Of a stretch of DNA of 32,008 nucleotides, positions 15,117 through 24,600 are shown piece after piece (position 1 is the stretch's first letter; every line of letters begins with the position of its first letter). Position numbers and translations under genes: made by a program. The stretch is taken from positions 1 to 32,008 of the IMG/VR virus record IMGVR_UViG_3300025389_000069, one strand, 5' to 3'. This stretch comes from a virus (Duplodnaviria; Caudoviricetes). Under the pieces are notes generated by a model. It worked only from the letters and a program-made list of their open reading frames with translations, had not been told where the DNA came from and did no database searches.

Positions 15117-15340
15117 AAACTTACATACATGTTAACCAACATGTCATAAGAGCGAACAAAAAGGACGGAGTGAGTGATCCACCTATCACAGTAAAGCAGG
15201 GTAAGAAGAATACGTATTGCAGTAGTGTCCGTATATTGGGGCCTTCTGAAGTAATTTATTCTGGGAATGATAAGCCGCTGTTATCTTGTGGGGCTAGGAT
15301 TGCCATCGTTACAGACAGTGAAGTTGAAATATGCAAATAA
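15113..15340 (+). CDS. Conserved phage hypothetical protein
   Basis: IHVNQHVIRAN...PPITVK...LLSCGAR; ATGA overlap. Confidence 0.75.
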   Translation: MKTYIHVNQHVIRANKKDGVSDPPITVKQGKKNTYCSSVRILGPSEVIYSGNDKPLLSCGARIAIVTDSEVEICK

Positions 15341-16896
15341 TAGATAACGAGGCGGTGCAGATTAGTCTGCCATCGCATGTCGCGATCAGGGTTATTAACG
15401 AGATAGAAAAGGCAGAGCAGGTTTCAGATGATGAGGTATTAGTCTATTGGCAACATGAGGAGATGGAGGCTCTGGCTGACATCGTGGACAATGATCCCGA
15501 TGCATCTATCAAAGTCCCATCGCCTATGTTGCGTGATTACAAGTGGCCGGGGCTTTTTACGCCGTTCAATCACCAGAAAGAAACAGCGTCGTTTTTAAGT
15601 ATACGCAAACGTGCGTTCTGTTTTAATGAGGCAGGTACGGGTAAGACGGGTGCGGCTATATGGGCGGCAGATTATCTAATGAACCAAGGTCTCATTAGAC
15701 GTGTATTGGTTATCTGCCCATTGTCGATTATGTATTCGGCTTGGCAAGCAGACGTATTTAAGACGGCTATGCATCGTACGTGTGGTGTGGCGCATGGTTC
15801 TAGAGATAAGCGAGTAAAGATTATTAACGGTGAATACGACTTCGTTATCATTAATTATGATGGCGTCCAGATTGTCTCAGATGTAATTGAGTCAGCAGGG
15901 TTTGACTTAGTTATCATCGACGAGGCTAATGCTTATAAGACTGCGTCAACGAGACGCTGGCGGACAATGTCTAAACTGATGAAAGCGGATACTCGGCTAT
16001 GGATGATGACTGGCACACCTGCGTCACAGTCGCCTATGGATGCATTTGGTCTAGCACGTATGGTGTCCCCACACAAGGTTCCAAAATTCTCTACGTCATG
16101 GCGCGATAAGGTCATGACTCAGATTACTAGGTTCAAATGGGTGGCACGTCCAGATGCCAAGGAAAAGATTTTTGCCGCACTGCAACCTGCTATTCGGTTT
16201 ACCAAACAAGAATGTCTTGATCTACCTACGTTGACTTACCAGACACGAGATGTGCCGTTGTCTGCCCAAGCAGAGAAGTACTATAAGACGTTAAAACAAC
16301 AGATGTTAATTCAAACTGCGGGGCAGAATGTCAGCGCAGTTAATGCGGCATCAAGTCTTAGTAAGTTGCTACAGATATCTGGTGGAGCCGTATATACCGA
16401 TAAGCATGATGTTGTCGAGTTCGATATATCTCCCCGTCTAAATGAATTGCAATCAGTACTTGAAGAGACCTTGAACAAAGTAGTAGTATTCGTTCCCTTT
16501 CTCCACACCATAACCGTAGTGACTGAATATCTACGTAAGCAGGGTTACTCTTGTGAGGTGATTGAAGGGGCGGTATCCGCGAAAAGGAGGTCGGAGGTAA
16601 TCAATCTATTTCAGACGCAGACAGATCCAAGGGTATTGGTGATCCAACCGCAGTCAGCCGCACATGGTATTACATTGACTGCCGCAGATACATTAGTGTT
16701 CTGGAGTCCTGTGATGTCAGTTGAAACATACATCCAATGTATTGGGCGTATTGATCGTGTAGGGCAACAGAACAAAATGACCGTCGTACATCTGCAAGGT
16801 TCAGATGTCGAACGTAGGGTATACGGGATGTTGCAAGGTAAAGTTGATAGTCATAATAAGATAGTTGATTTGTATAAACAGGAGATGGAACAGTGA
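15331..16896 (+). CDS. SNF2-family SF2 helicase
   Basis: GTGKT, IIDEA, MTGTP, AHGITLT and QCIGRIDRVGQ motifs. Confidence 0.93.
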   Translation: MQIIDNEAVQISLPSHVAIRVINEIEKAEQVSDDEVLVYWQHEEMEALADIVDNDPDASIKVPSPMLRDYKWPGLFTPFNHQKETASFLSIRKRAFCFNEAGTGKTGAAIWAADYLMNQGLIRRVLVICPLSIMYSAWQADVFKTAMHRTCGVAHGSRDKRVKIINGEYDFVIINYDGVQIVSDVIESAGFDLVIIDEANAYKTASTRRWRTMSKLMKADTRLWMMTGTPASQSPMDAFGLARMVSPHKVPKFSTSWRDKVMTQITRFKWVARPDAKEKIFAALQPAIRFTKQECLDLPTLTYQTRDVPLSAQAEKYYKTLKQQMLIQTAGQNVSAVNAASSLSKLLQISGGAVYTDKHDVVEFDISPRLNELQSVLEETLNKVVVFVPFLHTITVVTEYLRKQGYSCEVIEGAVSAKRRSEVINLFQTQTDPRVLVIQPQSAAHGITLTAADTLVFWSPVMSVETYIQCIGRIDRVGQQNKMTVVHLQGSDVERRVYGMLQGKVDSHNKIVDLYKQEMEQ

Positions 16897-17291
16897 GTAA
16901 CATCAATGTCGAGGAGTTGGTTGAAGCCTATTTAGCCATCCGGACAGAGCGTGACAGGATACTTAAAGAGTATGAGTCCGCAGATGCAGAGTTGAAGAAA
17001 GATATGAGTGAGTTAGAAGCAATGATGTTGGGTGTATGTAACGAGGTGAACGCCGATAGTATCAAGACCTCACATGGCACGGTGATGCGTAGACTTAATG
17101 AACGGTACATCTGCAATGACTGGGATGGGTTCAGAGAGTTCGTATTGGAGAATCAGGTAGTCGATCTGTTAGAGAAGCGAATTCATCAGAGTAACTTCAA
17201 GCAGTTCTTTACCGAGCATGAAGACGAGGGTCTTCCTCCGGGTGTCAGTGTGATGCGCGAGTATGGCGTATCAGTTCGCAAATCTTCTTAA
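16893..17291 (+). CDS. Conserved phage replication-module protein
   Basis: Coiled coil followed by SIKTSHGTV, DWDGF, LLEKRIHQ, PPGV; GTGA overlap. Confidence 0.75.
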   Translation: MSNINVEELVEAYLAIRTERDRILKEYESADAELKKDMSELEAMMLGVCNEVNADSIKTSHGTVMRRLNERYICNDWDGFREFVLENQVVDLLEKRIHQSNFKQFFTEHEDEGLPPGVSVMREYGVSVRKSS

Positions 17292-17305
17292 TTAAAGGTA
17301 GTAAA

Positions 17306-18217
17306 ATGAGTAACGATATTATTCGGTCGATCCAAAATGGCCTTGCCAAACTCCCAGTAGGCATGGGTTTAGATGAAGACACTCGCGCCGTAGCGGGTAC
17401 TGGCGGTAAGGCTAGTGGTGCTAAGCGCATCTCTATCAAAGGCGGTGTGTTCCGTAAGATTGTTGGCGGCAAAGAGATGGCCGCTATTGAAGATCGCTTT
17501 ATGAACATTGTCTTAGTTCGTATGTCGCATGATGCCGCACGTACTTACTATTCACAGGGCTATCAGGAAGGCACTAAGACTGCGCCAGTTTGCTGGTCGA
17601 GCAATAGCAAGACTCCTGATGAGTCAGTCCCTAACCCACAAGCCAAACGTTGTGACCAATGCCCACAAAGCATTAAGGGTTCTGCACAGGGTGGAATGGG
17701 TTCGGCTTGTCGTCTGCAATGGCGTACAGCGGTTGTACTTCCTGATGATGTTGGTGGCGATGTTATGCAGTTAGTATTACCTGCTACATCAGCATTCGGC
17801 AAAGAGGAAGCCGGTAAATGGCCATTCGTTCCTTACGTTCAGATGTTGGCTAATAACAATGTTAGTGCGTCGGCAGTCATCACTCGGATGCAGTTCGATA
17901 CTAAGTCGCCTGTACCTAAGTTATTGTTCTCTCCAGTTGGCATGATCGATCCAGATGATGCAGAGATTCTTTTGCGTCAGGCTAAGTCTGATGCGGCGGA
18001 CGAGGCAATTAAGTTAACCGTATTCCAGACTGATGAAGGTATTGCACCTGAACAGGTTGTAGCGGCTCCAGTAAAAGAAACTAAGAAAAAGGCTAAGGTA
18101 GAAGCCGAGGTTGAAGAGGTCGCGGTTGCAGAGCCTGTATTGCGTGAGGCTAAGAAGCCCGATGCTAGCCCTACTCCCGATGCGCGTAGCGTGATTGATA
18201 AGTGGAAAAAGAAATAG
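17306..18217 (+). CDS. Putative ssDNA-binding/annealing protein
   Basis: RISIKGGVF, PVCWS, CDQCPQ...ACR; beta-rich core with charged tail; lies between helicase and primase. Function inferred. Confidence 0.55.
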   Translation: MSNDIIRSIQNGLAKLPVGMGLDEDTRAVAGTGGKASGAKRISIKGGVFRKIVGGKEMAAIEDRFMNIVLVRMSHDAARTYYSQGYQEGTKTAPVCWSSNSKTPDESVPNPQAKRCDQCPQSIKGSAQGGMGSACRLQWRTAVVLPDDVGGDVMQLVLPATSAFGKEEAGKWPFVPYVQMLANNNVSASAVITRMQFDTKSPVPKLLFSPVGMIDPDDAEILLRQAKSDAADEAIKLTVFQTDEGIAPEQVVAAPVKETKKKAKVEAEVEEVAVAEPVLREAKKPDASPTPDARSVIDKWKKK

Positions 18218-18226
18218 GAGTCTGAC

Positions 18227-18547
18227 ATGGCACGTCCTTACGGTGACAAATTTCTACTAGGGCTAGGCAAGAAGAGCGAGAGCAATGCACTGGGTCTCCA
18301 GTTGGCGAGAACTTGCATTGCGGCGAACCTTCCTGTGGTTTATGTAGCAGAAGCGTTAAGGACTTCCAAGACAACGGTTCACAATTGGTTCAGAGAGACT
18401 TATGGTGTTCACGAAAAGAACAGAGCCAGAGTCGAGGCGTTTATAGAAGCCGTGCAATCTGATCTCAAGGTGGACTTGTTGCCTGTCAATACGACTAAAG
18501 AAGCAAGGGATTATTTACGATCTATATCTCGTAACTTAACCCAGTAA
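18227..18547 (+). CDS. Helix-turn-helix DNA-binding protein
   Basis: VVYVAEALRTSKTTVHNWF HTH pattern; AGGAG RBS. Confidence 0.75.
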   Translation: MARPYGDKFLLGLGKKSESNALGLQLARTCIAANLPVVYVAEALRTSKTTVHNWFRETYGVHEKNRARVEAFIEAVQSDLKVDLLPVNTTKEARDYLRSISRNLTQ

Positions 18548-18564
18548 GTGTTACCCCTCCTGTT

Positions 18565-18591
18565 GCCGGGGTTTATAGCCCCGGCTTTTTT
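18565..18591 (+). terminator. Intrinsic terminator
   Basis: GCCGGGG-TTTATAG-CCCCGGC followed by T6. Confidence 0.85.
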
Positions 18592-18604
18592 ATCTCTGTA
18601 GGTT

Positions 18605-21430
18605 ATGGAAAAACAATATTTTTACGAGAAAGCATTACCAACGCAGGGCGTTTATTGTGCGGCAGGAATCAAGCAAGGGCGGGTCTTGCATCGGTTCGCA
18701 GAATCAATTGACGCGCTGATCCAACAAGTCGACAAACTAAAAGAGGATGGGTTCAATGTCTATGTAGCACCGAATACGTTTGAGGGGCATAGTCGCAAAT
18801 CAGAAGACGCTGTCTATGGACGGTCGTTCTTCGTAGACTTAGATGTTAACCACGGGGCTGTCTGTTACACGAGTAAAGACGAGGCTCTTAGTGCGCTTGA
18901 TACATTCATCACGGAGACAGGGTTACCGCCTCCTGTGCGCGTAGACTCAGGCACTGGCATCCAAGCATATTGGGTGTTTGAACGTGATGTGCCAGCCAAA
19001 GAGTGGCATGCATATGCAGAAAAGTTTAAAGACTTTTGCGCTGAAAAAGGTTTGCTAATTGATCCATCTGTGACAGCAGATACGGCGCGGATCATGCGTT
19101 GTCCGGATACTTATAATTATAAAACTGATCCACCAAATAAGACCTATGTCTTAGATGATGATATTAACCAGTATGACTTTGGAATGTTTGAAGAGTTCCT
19201 AGGCAAGGTAGATATCACGCCTAACCTAAGAGCAATACTTGCTGACGCCCCTAAAGGATTAGATAGTGATACTGCCGCATTCCGAGATGACTTTGACTAT
19301 GTCTTTAACGATATAGCGATATCAAGTCTTGAGGGTAAAGGGTGTAACCAGATACGTTACATCTTAGAACAGGCCGACAAGATTCCTGAGCCACTGTGGT
19401 ATGCAGGGTTATCTGTAGCGGTACGTTGCTCAGATGGTCATGAGGCCATTCATAACATGTCTGATGGGCATCCGAGTTATAGCGTTGCAGAAACTAATCG
19501 CAAGGCTAAACAGTCTTTGGATAACGCCTCATGGGCACATTCATGTAAATCGTTTGAGAAGGAGAATCCGGGTGGGTGTAATGATTGTCCGTTCAAAGGG
19601 AAACTACGATCCGGTTCCCCAATTGACCTTGGACGCAGACTTAAAGAAGCCCCAACGGCAGAAGAACTTGCCAAGGAGAACTCAGTTGGGGTCGATGAGA
19701 ATACCCAAGAGATTCACGCGTTCCCAGACTACCTGAAACCTTTTGTTCGGGGTCGTAATGGCGGTGTGTTCCACATGCCTCCACCAGATGAGAACGGAGA
19801 TCGGGATGAGCCTATCTGTTTGACAGCGAGTGACTTATATCCAATTAAGCGGATGCACTCAAAGTATGACGGTATGAGTCTTTTGATGAGGCACATATTG
19901 CCCAAAGATCCTATTATGGAATTCCTACTTCCTCTGAAGTCAATTTATGCATTCGACATGCTGAAGAAGACTTTGGCAGAACACGGAGTTATCTTCCATG
20001 TGTCCCTGACTCAACGGATGTTTGAATATCTGAGTAAGTGGGACGTTTATTTACGCAATAAAGAGAAGGCAGAAATTATGCGGATGCAAATGGGTTGGAC
20101 TGAGGAAAAGGATGCCTTTGTGGTAGGCGGTATTGAGGTGTCAAGCGCAGGGATGGAAACCCCATCAGCGGCCTCCCCGATGATCAAGAACATCTCTAAA
20201 CTGGTGAAGCGGGTAGGAGAGTATGATGTCTGGAAGAAGTCTGCCCAAGCCCTAAACGAACCGGGTTTTGAGATCCACGCACTGGGTCTATTACAGGGGT
20301 TCGGATCGCCCCTAATGTACCTGACGTCGACTCCGGGGGCTTCAATCTGCTACCAGAGTACTGACTCAGGGGTAGGCAAGTCTGGGGCGCTGTACGCCGG
20401 TTTAAGCGTGTTCTGTGACCCCTATAACATCTCGGTACTAGAGGGTAATGCCACCGATAACGCCTTTATTGGACGGTATCTTGGTCTTAAGAATATGCTA
20501 TTTGGGATTGACGAAGCATCAAATATTGACCCTGAAATTTTATCTACGCTTCTCCACCGGATATCGCAGGGTAAGGCCAAACTGCGTATGCAGTCCTCTG
20601 TAAACGCTGAAAGAGACCTAGAAATGTCAGCCTCCCTACAAGGCGGGTTTACGTCTAACCAGTCTTTGTACGACAAACTATTCTCTTTGAAAAGCGCCCC
20701 ACAGGGTGAACTGGCGCGGCTAATTGAATTCCAGATGAAAAAGCCTATCCAAATGGAACAGGACGCTACTCTCGGCTTGCGTATATTCAACCCATTCCGT
20801 CAGAACTATGGGTGGGCAGGGCCGGAATTCATTAAGCACTTATACCTACGCGGTGAGCCATATATCGTTAAGATCATTGAGAAGTGGGCAATCCTATTTG
20901 CCAAGGACTATGGTGGTTCATCTGAATATCGGTTCTATATGAACGTAATTGCGGCCTGTTTTGCTGGCGGAGAATTAGCTAAAGAAGCAGGGATCATCGA
21001 CTTGGATTTGGACAGGATATACAAGATCGTTATGCTTAACCTAATACAGATTAGGGATAAGACGGTCAAGTCAGGTGTAGTGGATTACAAGAGTTTAGTG
21101 ACTGAGTACTACTATAAGAACCTGCGTAACTTCCTTATCTTTAACGAGGAGCGAGTAACGACTGAACCAAGTGGGCCGATGTTGGTAGGCAGGATTGAAA
21201 TGTCCACACAACGTGTGTACATCAACAAGGCGGAGTTCAAGAAGTTCTTGGCCGAGAAGCAGGTTAGCACTCGTGAGTTCGAGATGACTCTTGAGAAGGA
21301 GAAGATCTTGATTGGTACTGAGAAGAAGCGGCTGTCTTCTGGATGGAAGGCTGGTACTGGGGCTACGTCACCTATCACCGTCTACGTGTTTGCAAGTGTA
21401 TTAGAGATAGCACCTACCGATGGAGAATGA
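18605..21430 (+). CDS. Primase-helicase (RepB'/AEP-like primase + Cys-rich linker + DUF927/P-loop helicase)
   Basis: FFVDLD, VDSGTGIQAYW, RIMRCPDTYN primase motifs; PEPLWY and C..CNDCP; Walker A SGVGKS, Walker B GIDEA. Confidence 0.88.
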   Translation: MEKQYFYEKALPTQGVYCAAGIKQGRVLHRFAESIDALIQQVDKLKEDGFNVYVAPNTFEGHSRKSEDAVYGRSFFVDLDVNHGAVCYTSKDEALSALDTFITETGLPPPVRVDSGTGIQAYWVFERDVPAKEWHAYAEKFKDFCAEKGLLIDPSVTADTARIMRCPDTYNYKTDPPNKTYVLDDDINQYDFGMFEEFLGKVDITPNLRAILADAPKGLDSDTAAFRDDFDYVFNDIAISSLEGKGCNQIRYILEQADKIPEPLWYAGLSVAVRCSDGHEAIHNMSDGHPSYSVAETNRKAKQSLDNASWAHSCKSFEKENPGGCNDCPFKGKLRSGSPIDLGRRLKEAPTAEELAKENSVGVDENTQEIHAFPDYLKPFVRGRNGGVFHMPPPDENGDRDEPICLTASDLYPIKRMHSKYDGMSLLMRHILPKDPIMEFLLPLKSIYAFDMLKKTLAEHGVIFHVSLTQRMFEYLSKWDVYLRNKEKAEIMRMQMGWTEEKDAFVVGGIEVSSAGMETPSAASPMIKNISKLVKRVGEYDVWKKSAQALNEPGFEIHALGLLQGFGSPLMYLTSTPGASICYQSTDSGVGKSGALYAGLSVFCDPYNISVLEGNATDNAFIGRYLGLKNMLFGIDEASNIDPEILSTLLHRISQGKAKLRMQSSVNAERDLEMSASLQGGFTSNQSLYDKLFSLKSAPQGELARLIEFQMKKPIQMEQDATLGLRIFNPFRQNYGWAGPEFIKHLYLRGEPYIVKIIEKWAILFAKDYGGSSEYRFYMNVIAACFAGGELAKEAGIIDLDLDRIYKIVMLNLIQIRDKTVKSGVVDYKSLVTEYYYKNLRNFLIFNEERVTTEPSGPMLVGRIEMSTQRVYINKAEFKKFLAEKQVSTREFEMTLEKEKILIGTEKKRLSSGWKAGTGATSPITVYVFASVLEIAPTDGE

Positions 21431-21623
21431 ATTCAAAGAGCCTGAATGGCTACTACCTTTTGAGGGGATGAATATAGGGGATAGTTTCTTTATCCCCACC
21501 CTTAAACCTGCCAACATGATTTACATTATGGACACCCGAGCCAAGGCGGCTAAGTATAAAGTGCGTACTTCCGTAGTCGTACACGACAATTGCCTTGGAG
21601 TTAGGGTTTGGCGTATAGGTTAG
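21420..21623 (+). CDS. Small conserved phage protein
   Basis: PFEGMNIGDSFFIP...GVRVWRI; last gene of the + arm; stop overlaps the convergent gene. Confidence 0.75.
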   Translation: MENEFKEPEWLLPFEGMNIGDSFFIPTLKPANMIYIMDTRAKAAKYKVRTSVVVHDNCLGVRVWRIG

Positions 21624-24600
21624 GGATCTATACCATAATTATGGAGCTTGTCGACTATAATTCGTTTACTAACATCTAATTGGTCACGATTAATATCAAG
21701 AAGCTCTTTTTTAATTTGAGGTGTAAAGTAAGGGTTAGTACGAATAGAAGTAGCTTCTTGTTGTAACTTTTTAATGTTACCCAATCCTGAATTGTAAGTG
21801 GCCACTGCGGAAGGAGCTAACGGGTTTTTACTAATCCACTCAGCCACAAAAGCTTTATCTGGATGTGCTAGATGCTGTCGCATGTCTATAATTTTATCCG
21901 AGACGGCAGTATAATCTTGTGCATCCATGTCGCTTTTAGTACCAACAAAACTACCAAGGAAAATCTTTGGGCTAATATTCTTTTCGCCTTCAAGGGCAAG
22001 ACGTAGATCATTCCCCATACCTGCAAATTCTGCAATGCCATCAAATAAATTAGTAGCTGTAGAATAAAGCGCATTGGGACTCAAGTTCATATTCAAATGT
22101 CTATAAGCATAATCTGCCATTTCTTTGTACAGTTCTGGAATGGATTGTCCACCAGAATATGCGTCGCTTAATTTGCCAGCAATCGTGTTATATATTGGGT
22201 GCCCCATTGAATCAGAGTTCATTGCTAAATCTACAATAAGTTTGGTTGAGGTTGGTGCGATTGTATCTAATAAGAATCCAAAAAAGTTTTTCAGAGGACT
22301 TTTAGATGACATCTGCGTAGGAGATGATTCCGCCGCAACTCTACCCATATTAGATACGTACTGTTTAAATGACTGATGCCCCATCAATAGTGCACAAGTC
22401 TGATATCCCGGTGCTATGAATGTTCTTTGGAAAAATCCAAATGGGGGTTGAAAAATTTGTCCATTAGGCAACGGAATTCTCATACCCCGAATTGATCGCG
22501 ATTTATCATCAGATACTAAAAAGTTGCGGCCTTGTGAATCCTTACCCCAAGGTGACATTTCGCAATATAAATAGTTCATTGCATAAAGTACAAACCCACT
22601 ACCTATGGCGGCTTTAATAAGCCCGCGAGTAAGTGATCTTAAGAATCTATACTTATGCCCAATTTCATCCCGCTTTTCTTCATTAGCGAGGTCTTCTTCG
22701 GGAAGAACTTCATCAATTGCTTTTTCTATAGCTGCATCAGACATTAGGGCAGGGCGTATAAGATTATCAACTGTAATTTGTAGTGTAGTTGAAGCTGGCC
22801 CCCAGAATGCATATAGCGTCCGCATGGTAGGGTCTTTACCACGCAAATTAAAATTTGATAAGTCTTTAGCTACTTTGACCGCAATCTGTCTTGCCTCTAA
22901 AGGAGATCTTCCTTTATCTAATTCTATACGTTTTACTAATGAGTATGCAGTAACTCGACTTATATTATCGAAAGATCTATTCCAGTTATCAAACAACATA
23001 TCTATAGCGGCTAATGATTTTTTTGCTATGTTACCTGAAGTAATATCTTTAAGACGCTGTGGAGCCATTGTAGGATATAGGATATGGGCATGGGCAGCAG
23101 GGCCACCACCTTGCATCCATTCTAAACAATCTTTGATCCACGGATCTTTTGCTGCCCACGCTTTAAGTTCAGATAATCGATTTTGATTATATAGATTAGC
23201 AGCTTGATAGGATTTAAATCCATTACCACTAAATAAATTAGTGATAACTTGTGACGTATATGCAGAACGCGATATTTGGTTATTGTATTGTGCTGGCAAT
23301 ACTAAAATATTACCTAGGATATGGCTCGTAGTTACAAACGGAGCAAACGCGAGTCGGAATCGGGTTAGTTGACTAGCAATTTTATTAGTAACCCATCCTA
23401 TTGCTCTAAGCGCGGCATTCATTTCTATATTAGGTCGTCTTAACCCATCTAAAAACCGCTGGTCATCAACACGATAAATATCTGTGTCGCCGTTCTTATT
23501 GATATGTGAAATTGTCCCGCCGATTTTAGCTTCAGGATATTGTTCGTATATATCTGGATTAAGAAACCTATCTGCTGCGGGGATAGTAGCTATATGTGCA
23601 CCCGCCAATTCCCCATTATCAATTAGATTTTTAACGGCTAATGTAACACCTTCTTTACTTGCTTTGGCCGCAGCACGATATGTATCGTAGATCATCTGGT
23701 TAATGACGTTCTCGGTCATGTGCCGACCGCCTTCCATACCTTTAGTTAACCCAGCCACATCTCCCAGATTACGTGTACCTTCTAAATCTGTAGGGTCAAC
23801 ATCTCCGCGTGGACTTTTCATAGGAGCATAATTATCTGCTCCATATAACCCCTTAGTAATATCATCTAGATGTTCGTGCCAATTACCCGCTATCTTTTCA
23901 TAACGTATTTTTTGTTTAACCAAAGATTTATATAGATCCAAAACCTTTTTAAGAGCAGGGCCAATGATCGGATGCGCCAAATCTGCTTCCATCAAATTAA
24001 TAAATTCACGAGTTGTATATGGGTCTAATCCTGCCGCAGGATGATAAATTGGATTAGCAAAATTGGCAGGTATCCTAGCGGGATTGCCATAAGCGTCTTC
24101 TCCACGATTTGGTAAGTAACTATGTCCTTTCTCATCTACATTGCGATCATCATTTACAATCTCGGATATATGATCTTTAATTGTTTTTAATTTAGCAATA
24201 CGTTGTTCTTTTGGAATAGTTAAATCGCCAGCGGTCTTGTTAGCTAGGTCATATAAATTTCTTCGCAATTCAGCAGGAGATAGCCCAGACTTAGATCCTT
24301 TTGCATCGGGAACAACGCGTTCTGATAGTGGCCGGTATCGGTTAAATAGTTCTTGCCTACGCCATCCATATGCATCTAATGCTGTTAAGTAAGATGAGAT
24401 TGCACTTGATGCTTCTTGTGGTTTGAACCCTTTGAGTTTAGCGTAATCCCCCATCGCGGAAAATATTCTGTTTACAAATCCATCAATTATTTTTCCGTAA
24501 TATTCAAACCTAGCATCCGCACTAGACATGCGCATATAAACATTGTTGGCTTTTGGGCCAGATACAACTAACTTATCGCGGAGATCAAGATTGTTCTCAA

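Noticed and set aside
11907-21430. Inteins, introns or frameshifts in polymerase, helicase or primase
   Set aside because: All are continuous ORFs of ordinary length with normal motif spacing.
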